Source: Candidatus Latescibacterota bacterium (GTDB lineage: Bacteria > Latescibacterota > UBA2968). From it: a stretch of 64,000 bases of DNA. The translations under genes and the position numbers were made by a program. The stretch covers positions 2,208,001 through 2,272,000 of the forward strand of contig OZ240241.1 in the NCBI GenBank assembly GCA_965198115.1, given 5' to 3'. The notes under the pieces were generated by a model. The model did not search any database. It was not told the origin of the DNA and saw only the letters and a list, made by a program, of their open reading frames with translations. This document shows positions 31,193-39,916 of this stretch, piece after piece; position 1 is the stretch's first letter; each line of letters begins with the position of its first letter.

Positions 31193-32020
31193 ATGCAAGA
31201 CCTGTTTTCGCTGGAGGGAAAAATCGCATTGGTGACCGGTGGCTCGACGGGAATCGGGGCGATGATAGCCGAGGGATTTGTCAATTTTGGGGCGAAAGTC
31301 TACATCGCCGCGCGCAGAGAAGAGGTCCTGAAACAGAAACAAGAGGAGTTGGCGGAAATCGGCCCCTGCGAGTATATCGTCGCCGATGTAGGTTCGGTCG
31401 CCGGCATAAAGAGCCTGGCGGAGACCTACGGTGAAAGGGAGCAGTCGCTCGATATTCTGGTGAACAACGCCGGAACCAGCGACGGTCGCAGGGAGATCGA
31501 GGATGTGACGGAGGAAACCTGGGACGCGGTGATGGATCTCAATATCAAATCCATCTTCTTCATGGTCCAGGCGTTTCTACCATACCTTCGAGTGGGGGCT
31601 TCACCCGAGACGCCGAGGAATGTGATCAACATAGCATCAATCGACGGCTGCGGTAAGCTCAACACCTCATACAACTATGCCTACGGTGCCAGCAAAGCAG
31701 GCGTCATACAGTTGGATCGACTCCTGGGTGACAGCTTGGCCTGGGAGGGGATTCACGTAAACACACTTTCACCGGGTGACTTCCCTTCCGATCTGAACAA
31801 GGCGGCCCGGGATCATACCGACGATATGAAGAAGTCCATCCCGGCCAAGCGGATCGGGGAAAGGGACAATATCGCCGGTACCGCCATATATCTCGCTTCG
31901 CGAGCGGGTAACTTCAACGTGGGCTCCAACATAGTTGTGGACGGCGGAGAAAGCGTGCGTGGCATCCAGCGGGCGTTCTTTGCGAAGATTTTTCCCGATT
32001 GGGTTAAACTGGACAGGTAG
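31193..32020 (+). CDS. Short-chain dehydrogenase/reductase
   Basis: TGGSTGIG, LVNNAG, YGASK. Confidence 0.94.
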   Translation: MQDLFSLEGKIALVTGGSTGIGAMIAEGFVNFGAKVYIAARREEVLKQKQEELAEIGPCEYIVADVGSVAGIKSLAETYGEREQSLDILVNNAGTSDGRREIEDVTEETWDAVMDLNIKSIFFMVQAFLPYLRVGASPETPRNVINIASIDGCGKLNTSYNYAYGASKAGVIQLDRLLGDSLAWEGIHVNTLSPGDFPSDLNKAARDHTDDMKKSIPAKRIGERDNIAGTAIYLASRAGNFNVGSNIVVDGGESVRGIQRAFFAKIFPDWVKLDR

Positions 32021-32254
32021 TCGCACGGGCGGCGAACGTTTACGTCAGGCGCGATTGCTTGCAATCTGCGGAACGCCTCGGGAAAAGGTGACGCTCCCGT
32101 TTTCGAAAGGACTGTGTCGATCGCCACGATAAGCTGTGTGGCAGGAACTCGGGGCCGAGTTCGGTGTGAGGACCAGCCAGGGACGTGCGGTTCGGGTCCG
32201 CCGGAATGCAGATTCAGTGACTTAAGTGAATCTAAAGCGACGGCGACCGGCTTA

Positions 32255-33548
32255 GGGTTTGCCACGAAATAAGTGCTGCACTTTTCAAGGTAATGATCTT
32301 ACGCTCGGAGTGTGGACGTCGAAACTCTCCGAACGAAGTATGAAGCCTTGGCTCCGGTGCTGACGGAACGCACGCGTCGTCTGTGGGCCGCCACGGAAGC
32401 CGAAGCGTTGGGTCACGGTGGGATCGCGATTGTGGCTCTGGCGACAGGAATGTCCAGAGAGCGGATCTTTCGTGGCATTCAGGAGTTGAGGTCGGACGAA
32501 CCTTTGGACCCGGCTCGCATCCGGCGTCCAGGCGGCGGTCGTAAGCGGAAGGCCGACACGGACCCGACGCTGTGGCAGGACCTGAATGATCTGGTCGAGC
32601 CAACGACTGCGGGGTCGCCTGACGACAATCCTCTGAGATGGACATCGAAGAGCACTCGCAAACTGGCCGCCGAGTTGCAAGCGATGGGGCATTCGGTGAG
32701 CCCCAGGATCGTTGCCAATCTCCTGCACGAACACGATTACACGCTGCAGGCGAATCGGAAGACAAGGGAGGGATCTGCACACCCGGATCGGGACGCTCAG
32801 TTCGTTTACCTCGATGATCGGATTAGCCAGCAGCAGCAGCAGGGCCTTCCCGTTATCTCGGTGGACACCAAGAAGAAAGAGTTGATCGGCGACTTCAAGA
32901 ATCCTGGCCGAGAATGGCGACCCAAGGGAGACCCGGAGCGTGTGAAGGTACACGATTTCATAGTGCCTGCTCAGGGCAAGGCGATCCCTTATGGAGTGTA
33001 TGATCTGAGCCGTGATGAAGGCTGGGTAAGTGTCGGTATCGATCACGACACGGCCAGCTTCGCCGTGAATGCGATCCGAAGTTGGTGGAAGAACATGGGA
33101 CGGCCCGCCTACGGCACTTCGACGCATCTGCTAATCACGGCGGACGCAGGCGGCAGCAACGGCGCCAAGACGCGGCTGTGGAAGTGGGAGCTGCAGCGCT
33201 TTGCGAATCGCACTGGCCTGACGATCACCGTATGCCACTACCCTCCTGGCACTAGTAAGTGGAACAAGATCGAACATCGCCTGTTCTCCTTCATCGCTAT
33301 GAACTGGCGAGGCAAGCCCCTGGTCAGCCTGGCTGCAACCGTGAATCTCATTGCCGGAACGACCACTCAAGCCGGTCTCCGAGTACGCTCCGAGATCGAC
33401 AAGCGACCCTACCCTAACGGGGTCAAGGTGACCGATGAACAGATGACCCAAATCGATCTCACTCCGCACGATTTCCACGGCGACTGGAACTACACGATCC
33501 GGCCAATGGCTCAACATTGAGATCGACCGTTTATTTATTCGCGAACCC
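32255..33548 (+). mobile_element. ISAzo13-family IS
   Basis: IRL GGGTTTGCCACGAAATAA; IRR reverse complement GGGTTCGCGAATAAATAA; TTA repeated at 32252-32254 and 33549-33551. Confidence 0.88.
32312..33520 (+). CDS. ISAzo13 family transposase
   Basis: RIRRPGGGRK, LRWTSKS, PVISVDTKKKELIG, TADAGGSNG, YPPGTSKWNKIEHRLFS, FHGDWNYTI. Confidence 0.95.
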   Translation: MDVETLRTKYEALAPVLTERTRRLWAATEAEALGHGGIAIVALATGMSRERIFRGIQELRSDEPLDPARIRRPGGGRKRKADTDPTLWQDLNDLVEPTTAGSPDDNPLRWTSKSTRKLAAELQAMGHSVSPRIVANLLHEHDYTLQANRKTREGSAHPDRDAQFVYLDDRISQQQQQGLPVISVDTKKKELIGDFKNPGREWRPKGDPERVKVHDFIVPAQGKAIPYGVYDLSRDEGWVSVGIDHDTASFAVNAIRSWWKNMGRPAYGTSTHLLITADAGGSNGAKTRLWKWELQRFANRTGLTITVCHYPPGTSKWNKIEHRLFSFIAMNWRGKPLVSLAATVNLIAGTTTQAGLRVRSEIDKRPYPNGVKVTDEQMTQIDLTPHDFHGDWNYTIRPMAQH

Positions 33549-34565
33549 TTACTTCTCACACACTGCCACCCCGATGTGCCGGTAAACCCCCATTCGATCC
33601 ACCTTCAGCGTGCCGTTGCCCGCGCCGTAAATGTTTCCCAGATCTCGCGCTGAGTAATACATCAGATACCGATCCCCATCGTCCAGAACGCATGGCGTAG
33701 AGGTGTACCTACCGTCGAAGTCGTCGGGGTTTCGCGTTGCCGGAAACGACGCGTTGTCTCGGTGGTGGGTCCACCTGATGCCGTCTGAAGATGTTGAGCA
33801 GTGGAGTTCGCAGTATCCACCCTCGACTGCACAGGCGTACCACATCGTAAAGTCACCGCTATCGCTGATCACGAATGGATAGACGTTGGATCGCGTTGGA
33901 CCCCCGGCGGTGACCACGGGCTCGGGATCTCGCGTCCATTCGATGCCGTCGTTCGAAGTAAACCTGTATATGTTGGCCGCGAGACTTGCGAATTCATCGT
34001 CCGGATTGGGAGCGGAGTTCATCCACATCGTGTATCCACCACCCTCCCCTGTCAGAATGCATGGACCACGACCGCTCGGGTAGACGGGCTCGGGACGGAT
34101 CTCCCAAGAGACCCCATCTTCGCTCTCGGCGTAGCCCAGATATTGGCAGCGGATAGGCTTGTCGTTGGCGTCCAGCTCTGATCCTCCCGACACGAACCAC
34201 ATCCTGAACACACCGCGTGACGTGTCGAACTGCACGCGCGGTGTCTGCCAGGAGGTGCCGAACGGCAAGTCGGCCGGCCCCAGAATCGGATTGCTATCGT
34301 GCTCGTTCCAGCTGACGCCGTCGTTCGATTCCGCATATCCCAGAGACACAACATCGACGCGTGTGGCCTCGGAATTGCCGACGTACCACATGCGGTACTT
34401 TCCCTCCATTTTGACCACGGAGGGACTGTACAGCTGCACGGAGCACCATTCCTGTTGCGTGGTCATCGCCGACAGCACCGGCTGATTCACCCGTGGCGCC
34501 TCGTCGCGGTGGTGGATGTTGACGTCAGTGATATTTCGTTGCCAGTCGAGCTCATGCAGAAACAT
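33549..34565 (-). CDS. Five-bladed beta-propeller hydrolase-like protein (GH32/43/130-like fold)
   Basis: Repeated YRMWY...LGYAES.DG..W...NP blades. ATG 34565 has AAGGAG upstream. Confidence 0.78.
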   Translation of the reverse strand: MFLHELDWQRNITDVNIHHRDEAPRVNQPVLSAMTTQQEWCSVQLYSPSVVKMEGKYRMWYVGNSEATRVDVVSLGYAESNDGVSWNEHDSNPILGPADLPFGTSWQTPRVQFDTSRGVFRMWFVSGGSELDANDKPIRCQYLGYAESEDGVSWEIRPEPVYPSGRGPCILTGEGGGYTMWMNSAPNPDDEFASLAANIYRFTSNDGIEWTRDPEPVVTAGGPTRSNVYPFVISDSGDFTMWYACAVEGGYCELHCSTSSDGIRWTHHRDNASFPATRNPDDFDGRYTSTPCVLDDGDRYLMYYSARDLGNIYGAGNGTLKVDRMGVYRHIGVAVCEK

Positions 34566-34602
34566 CTCAGGTCTCCTTGGGCCCCCACACCGGGGTAACA
34601 CT

Positions 34603-34740
34603 CGTGAACACAGTATTCGGATTGGCGCGTTCGCGGCACTGACGAAGTGCATCATCGGGTCACCCGCTTGCACGCTGCGGCACTGATCTTCATCTTGCCG
34701 CTGCGAACCTTGTTGTCAGTTCGCGAATAAGACGTTAAGT
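34603..34740 (+). other. Long attC-like imperfect palindrome
   Basis: GAAC-ACAG-TATTCG...GTTCGCGGC...GCTGCGAAC...CGAATA-AGAC-GTTAAGT. It shares AGACGTTAAGTGCCA with the site at 39851. Confidence 0.45.
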
Positions 34741-34839
34741 GCCAAGCCGGTGCCTACAAAAGTTGAGCCATCCCTGGGCTGCCCCTGGAGTGGATAGGAA
34801 AAACAAACGGCGTTCTCTGTTACCCAGGAAACGAAAGAA

Positions 34840-34982
34840 ATAAAGATAACCAAGGTAGAAACAATCCGCGTGGCAAGTCGAAGGCAGGCTTATAGACACG
34901 GAATCTGGGTGCAGATTTACACAGACGAAGGTCATGTTGGGCTTGGCGAGACTTGGTACGGGCCGATGGCAGTAGAAACTGC
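34840..34982 (+). pseudogene. 5' remnant of a mandelate racemase/enolase-superfamily gene
   Basis: (ATA)KITKVETIRV...IWVQIYTDEGHVGLGETW. Confidence 0.65.
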
Positions 34983-35081
34983 CCCAAAGATAACGTGGCC
35001 TCGGCTGGCTTGGCTCGCAGAATGGGGTACCAGACCGAAAAGGAGTTCCGATTCGTCGTCTGGGATCCCCCTGACCGATAG
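34977..35081 (+). pseudogene. 3' remnant of a GNAT acetyltransferase
   Basis: NCPKDNVASAGLARRMGYQTEKEF...* in a different frame from the enolase remnant. Confidence 0.5.
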
Positions 35082-35181
35082 GATGATATTAGCGAAGGTA
35101 TTTTCGTGTAAGCTGGGTCTGTTCGAGGAGTCGTAGCCCCAGAATGTTTTAGAGTTCAGGTCAATAGGTGTGTAAAAGAAA

Positions 35182-36414
35182 TCAGGCGGCCATCTTCCCG
35201 GCTTCGACCTGCGGTCCGGTTGAGTGTTTCTGATCGTAGACTTGTTGTAGCAAGTGTGGCGCGGTGAGTTTCCTGAATCGGCTCTCTGCGACCTTGAGCG
35301 TACGCCAGATGAGAGTCGTGGCGTTCCTGACTTTCTTGAATCGCCTGGCGGCGTTTGTGCGAAGCCGAACGGAAGCAAAGGGGCTCTCGACGACGTTCGT
35401 GGTTCTCAGGTGTTTCCAGTGTTCCTTCGGGAAGTCGTAGAACGTGACCATCCGATCCCAGTCTCTTTCGAGCGTCTCCACGGCGGCAGGGAACTGTGAG
35501 CGATACCGTGCGGCAAAGCGTTTCCGGAGCTTCTCGGCCTCCTTTTTCGTGCCGGCATAGGGGATCTGGACGAGCAGTGCGCGGGCTTCAGCCTGTGCAC
35601 GCTTGGCGACCTTGTCGAGCACGTTGAGGATCTTGTGGTTCCAGCACCGTTGTTGCCGGCTCTCTGGCCAGACCTGATCAACGGCCGCCCAGATGCCCAT
35701 ATTCCCGTCCGCGGCGATCAGGACAGGATGTTCGAGCCCGCGATCCCGGAGATCCCGGAGCACCGTGAGCCAGGATTCTGTAGACTCTCGATAACCGGGT
35801 TCTATCGCCAGGATCTCCTTGCTGCCGTCGCTCATCGCGCCGATCACGACCAGCAGACACGCCTTCTCGCGCTCGAGCCCGGCTTTGACGTAGATGCCAT
35901 CAGCCCAGGCGTAGACCAGTTCGCGATTATCCAGACGCCTTTCTTTCCAGTCCTGGAAGTCGACCTCCCACTTCCCTCGAAGACGAGCGATCGAGGTCGG
36001 CGAAAGCGGCGCGCCATCACCGAGCAGCGCACGCAAAGACAACTCGAAGTCGCCCTGGGAGAGACCGTGGAGATAAAGGTCGGGAAGCAGATCTCCAATG
36101 GCCCTGGTTCTCCGGGCGAACAGGGGGAGGATGCGGCTTTCAAACCGCTCTTCCAGACCACGAACCCGGGGACGCCGGACCTTGATCGTTCCGCAGCTCG
36201 TCGAGAGACGCCGGGGCTTGCCGTAGCCGTTCCTGTAGCCCGTGGAGCTATCGACCTCGGCTCGGCGCTCATACCACGACCGGCCCAAGAACGCGGTCGC
36301 CTCCTCCTCCAGAATGGACTGGAACCGGCTCTGGATCTCTTCACGGATCCAATCGTCAACCGTCTCCCACGTCGGCATGGACTTCAATGGGGTTCTATGC
36401 GTATGTTCCTTCAC
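35182..36414 (-). CDS. IS256 family transposase
   Basis: GYRNGY, YAWADGIY, GYRESTESW, QQRCWNHK, HLRTTNVVESPF. GTG 36414 has GGAGG upstream. Confidence 0.93.
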   Translation of the reverse strand: MKEHTHRTPLKSMPTWETVDDWIREEIQSRFQSILEEEATAFLGRSWYERRAEVDSSTGYRNGYGKPRRLSTSCGTIKVRRPRVRGLEERFESRILPLFARRTRAIGDLLPDLYLHGLSQGDFELSLRALLGDGAPLSPTSIARLRGKWEVDFQDWKERRLDNRELVYAWADGIYVKAGLEREKACLLVVIGAMSDGSKEILAIEPGYRESTESWLTVLRDLRDRGLEHPVLIAADGNMGIWAAVDQVWPESRQQRCWNHKILNVLDKVAKRAQAEARALLVQIPYAGTKKEAEKLRKRFAARYRSQFPAAVETLERDWDRMVTFYDFPKEHWKHLRTTNVVESPFASVRLRTNAARRFKKVRNATTLIWRTLKVAESRFRKLTAPHLLQQVYDQKHSTGPQVEAGKMAA

Positions 36415-36499
36415 GGCGATCCTCCTTCCCAACCGGGCCTCTCACCCGGTTTTGTGTGAATCAACTATCTCACGGGAAGGGTAGGGTCGCCCTTTCTAT

Positions 36500-37887
36500 G
36501 GTGTTGTGCCTATCGTAGTTGAAACTTAGAGGGCTCCAAACTTACGTTGGGTAGACGTGTAGGAGCGTATACCCGTAAGAAAGGAGCCCAGATGGAGAAG
36601 CTATTTGTAGGCGATGGTGAAGTCAAGGTTGAGGGCGATGTCATCGATTTGGAGACGCGTTTGTCGGTGATCCAGGCGTTGATCCCGTTGGGTCTGGAGG
36701 CAGTGGCAGACCTCCTCCAGCAGGAGGTCGAGCAGCTCGCAGGCGTTCGGTATGCGCGCAAAGGTTCGGAGCAGGCGCATCGTCGGTGGGGAAGCCAGAA
36801 GGGATCCGTGTATCTGATGGACCAGAAGCTCCCGTTAGACGTTCCCCGGGTGCGCGACGTCGAGACCGACGCAGAGGTTTCCCTGGCTGCATACCGGGCT
36901 CTACAGACGCCCAAGAAGACGGACGAGGGGCTGTTGCTTCGTGTTCTCAAGGGGATCTCGTGCCGCAACTACAAGGCCTGTGCCGAATCGGTTCCAGAAG
37001 CGTTTGGTATCTCAGCGTCCTCCGTCTCGCGGCGGTTCATCAAAGCCACCGCGAAGAAGCGGAAGCAGTTCCAGGAGCGTCCCCTCGACGACTACGGCTT
37101 CGTGACCCTGTTCATTGACGGAAAGAGCTTTGCCGACGAAGAGATCGTGATCGCTCCGGGGGTCACGATGGACGGCCAGAAGATCCCCCTGGGCTTCGTC
37201 GAATCGGCGACGGAGAACGAACGGATCTGCCGCCAGCTGATCCAGGACCTCATCCGGAGAGGCCTGTGCTACGACCAGGGCCTTCTCGTTGTGCTTGACG
37301 GCTCAAAGGGACTCCGCAGTGCTGTCACCAAAGCCCTCAAAGGGTATGTGCGCGTGCATCGCTGTCAGTGGCACAAGCGCGAGAATGTCGTCAGCTATCT
37401 CCCGGAGAGGGAACGTCCAAGAGTTCGACGGAAGCTCCAGAAAGCCTATGACTGCGACACCTACGAGGAGGCAAAGGCCGCACTCGAATCACTTAAACCC
37501 GAACTGAAGCTGATGAATCAGTCTGCCGTAACGAGCCTCGAGGAAGGCCTGGAGGAAACCCTGACCCTCCACCGGCTGGGTATGCTCCCATTCCTGAAAC
37601 GAAGCTTCCGAACCACCAACTGCATCGAAGCCCTCAACAGCAGGACCGGCGAGCTCACTCGGAAGGTCAGACGCTGGAACAACTCTCCCCAGAGACACAG
37701 ATGGGTGGCTGCCGCACTCCTCGACATCGAACCTCGCCTGCGACGCGTGAGCGGATACAAACATCTTCCCCTACTCAGGCAAGCACTGAACAAAAATCTG
37801 AATCTCGACAACGAACAGAATGCTCAAAAGAGAGCCTGACCAAACTACGGGGCCCGATGAGTTTTCAACTGACTATGGGACTTGACC
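36500..37887 (+). mobile_element. IS256-family element B, copy 2 (1388 bp), nested in element A
   Basis: Same ends as 24054-25525; flanks CTTTCTAT and CTTTCTCT (7/8 match). Confidence 0.92.
36592..37839 (+). CDS. IS256 (Mutator-type) transposase
   Basis: Near-identical to 24146-25477 without the 28-aa duplication. Confidence 0.92.
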   Translation: MEKLFVGDGEVKVEGDVIDLETRLSVIQALIPLGLEAVADLLQQEVEQLAGVRYARKGSEQAHRRWGSQKGSVYLMDQKLPLDVPRVRDVETDAEVSLAAYRALQTPKKTDEGLLLRVLKGISCRNYKACAESVPEAFGISASSVSRRFIKATAKKRKQFQERPLDDYGFVTLFIDGKSFADEEIVIAPGVTMDGQKIPLGFVESATENERICRQLIQDLIRRGLCYDQGLLVVLDGSKGLRSAVTKALKGYVRVHRCQWHKRENVVSYLPERERPRVRRKLQKAYDCDTYEEAKAALESLKPELKLMNQSAVTSLEEGLEETLTLHRLGMLPFLKRSFRTTNCIEALNSRTGELTRKVRRWNNSPQRHRWVAAALLDIEPRLRRVSGYKHLPLLRQALNKNLNLDNEQNAQKRA

Positions 37888-38212
37888 CTTTCTCTTTTTC
37901 CACACCTTTTGATTATAGCTCATGTTTTACGGAACAACTCTTCATTGTCATAGGAGATGCTATGAATAAGCCGCAACGCCCGCACTTTGAGGGTGGAGAA
38001 AACATAGCAATGAAAATACCTCCACACTTATTCGACCAGACCGTCGCCTTTTATAGGGACACGCTAGGACTGCCTCCATTGAAGGTTGAGCCGAATTCGT
38101 GCGGTTTTAGGTTCGGTGCGGTTGAGTTGTGGCTCGACCGTGTTCCCACGATGAGCCAGGCAGAGCTATGGTTGTAAAGCCCGCGGTTGTCTGGACACTC
38201 GGGTGAGTGTAT

Positions 38213-39106
38213 TCAGGCGGCCTTTCGAGTTGCCGTGAGTGCGTTTCTAGCCTGTTCGGGCGTCTTGTAGCCGTGACGTTCGATGATCCACCTGTGGTTG
38301 TATCTGTCCCGAAACTCAAGGAGTGCGAGGCGCAGGTCTTCGATGGTACTGAAGTGTCTAACCCACAGGAGGTTTTCTTTGAGGGTACGGATGAACCGCT
38401 CGGCGCATCCGTTGCCTTCTGGCTCACGCACGAAACTCGGCGATGTTTGGACGCCGAGGAATGCGATCTCGTTCTGGAAGTCGTCAGAGACGTATTGTGA
38501 CCCGTGATCGTGTCGGAGCTCCAGTCCTTCGGCGATGTTTTCTTCGAAGCCCCCGAAGTGTTCACGGATGCCCTGTCGGATCGGCTCGAGAGCCTCAAAG
38601 CGGTTGGCCGTCTTGGAGGCGTGAATGCCCACACACTCGCACGTGCAGTGGTCGATCGCGATAAACACGGAGGCTCTGCCCTCGTCGACCGTGGGCGTCA
38701 CAGTCAGGTCGGTGCCCCACATCTGATCGGGCTTCTCGGTCGTAATCGTGCCATCGTGGGCTCGTCGTTCGCGACGCCGTCCTGGACGCGCCTGGAGCCC
38801 GTTTTCACGCATCAACCGGCGGACCCGATCCTTTGACGTCCGCATACCGTGAAAGCGAAGCCTGGCCCAGATCTTGCGGTATCCTTCGCCGTGGAAGGGT
38901 GACGCGTCGATCTCCTGCTGAATGAGGGAGACCAATTCCTCATCGGTACCCGCTCCGACCGGGCCTCGCTTCCGGGGTTGCCGAAGATCGGTTACGGATG
39001 AACGACGAAGCTGGCTGTGCACCGTGGAACGGGGTATCTGCAACACTTTGCACACGCGTTTAATGCTGTAGCGTCTCCCCGTGGAGGGCGAAAGGACCTC
39101 ACTCAT
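38213..39106 (-). CDS. IS3-family OrfB (rve integrase core)
   Basis: GYRKIWARL, WGTDLT, HDHGSQY, GNGCAERFIRTLKE. Confidence 0.93.
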   Translation of the reverse strand: MSEVLSPSTGRRYSIKRVCKVLQIPRSTVHSQLRRSSVTDLRQPRKRGPVGAGTDEELVSLIQQEIDASPFHGEGYRKIWARLRFHGMRTSKDRVRRLMRENGLQARPGRRRERRAHDGTITTEKPDQMWGTDLTVTPTVDEGRASVFIAIDHCTCECVGIHASKTANRFEALEPIRQGIREHFGGFEENIAEGLELRHDHGSQYVSDDFQNEIAFLGVQTSPSFVREPEGNGCAERFIRTLKENLLWVRHFSTIEDLRLALLEFRDRYNHRWIIERHGYKTPEQARNALTATRKAA

Positions 39107-39486
39107 TTCCGCGACCTCCGATGCGCCAAAGGGCGGCGGGCTTCCAGACGATCGATTCTTTGTTGCAGCAGCTCGTTGTCCATCGTGAGCTCGCCAATCT
39201 TCGCCTGGAGGTCCTTGACCCTCTCGTCACGCTCGTCGCTCAGACGAGAGCGTAGTGCGGCCTGGGCGCCAGAGTGGAACTGATCGCGCCACTCGCTCAA
39301 TTTAGCTGCCGTTACTCCCAGATCGCGAGAGACGCTGTCGAGGCTCTCGCCACGCATCACACGTAATACGGCTTCGGCCTTCTTCTTCACGGAGAAACGA
39401 CCCTGCGAAGTCGCGCTTGGATCGGCTGGGCCTCCGCTCGCTCTCGCTCGCTCCGCCCCAACCGATCCCCTAGTAGCCTTGTTCAT
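39103..39486 (-). CDS. IS3-family OrfA (HTH plus leucine zipper)
   Basis: KKAEAVLRVMRGES...VSRDLGV...LSEWR; overlaps OrfB by ATGA. Confidence 0.88.
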   Translation of the reverse strand: MNKATRGSVGAERARASGGPADPSATSQGRFSVKKKAEAVLRVMRGESLDSVSRDLGVTAAKLSEWRDQFHSGAQAALRSRLSDERDERVKDLQAKIGELTMDNELLQQRIDRLEARRPLAHRRSRK

Positions 39487-39768
39487 GGTGGACCCTCCTT
39501 TTCGACCTACTGTAGGTCAACGGAGTGTCCAAGAAAACCCCGGGGCGCTGGATGCAGAGCTATGGTTGCAAGTGGATACGCCCGACGTGATGGCGGCCAG
39601 TGAGTATCTTGAACAAAAAGGAGCAGTTCGTTGTGACGAAATCGAACCTCTACCAGATGGATTCGAGTGATGCTGGATCAGCAGTCCAACGAGCATTATT
39701 CACCTCATCTCTCGAACTGATAGGTGATCACGGGTAGGATAGTACGTTAATCCAGTAGGGACCACATC

Positions 39769-39861
39769 CTCTAACAACCGTGTGCGGCCGCTCCTTTCGT
39801 CGCTCCGACCCAACCTTCCCTCGTGCCTGGGTCACGTTCGCACACGGCGGAGACGTTAAGT
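39769..39861 (+). other. attC-like site downstream of the VOC gene
   Basis: CTCTAAC-AA-CCGTGTGCG...GACCCA...TGGGTC...CGCACACGG-CGGAGAC-GTTAAGT, 93 bp. Confidence 0.62.
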
Positions 39862-39916
39862 GCCATGACGTGCCAGAAAGGCGGTTGCCCATCCCTAGGC
39901 CGCCTCGGATCAAACT

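Larger units (their letters stand above)
35152..37921 (-). mobile_element. IS256-family element A, interrupted by element B
   Basis: IRs GAGTTCAGGTCAATAGGTGTGTAAAA and (reverse complement) GAGCTATAATCAAAAGGTGTGGAAAA; TSD ATGTTTTA at 35144-35151 and 37922-37929. Confidence 0.9.
38173..39553 (-). mobile_element. IS3-like two-ORF element, copy 1
   Basis: Matches 49580-50961 in inverted orientation. GCAGAGCTATGGTTG is repeated at 38160-38174 and 39554-39568. Confidence 0.92.
37962..39727 (+). pseudogene. VOC/glyoxalase-like protein interrupted by an IS3-like element, with an additional in-frame TGA
   Basis: Removing the IS restores MNK...NIAMKIPPH...TVAFYRDTLGL...SQAELWLQVDT...RCDEIEPLPDGFE*CWISSPTSIIHLI. 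Confidence 0.8.
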
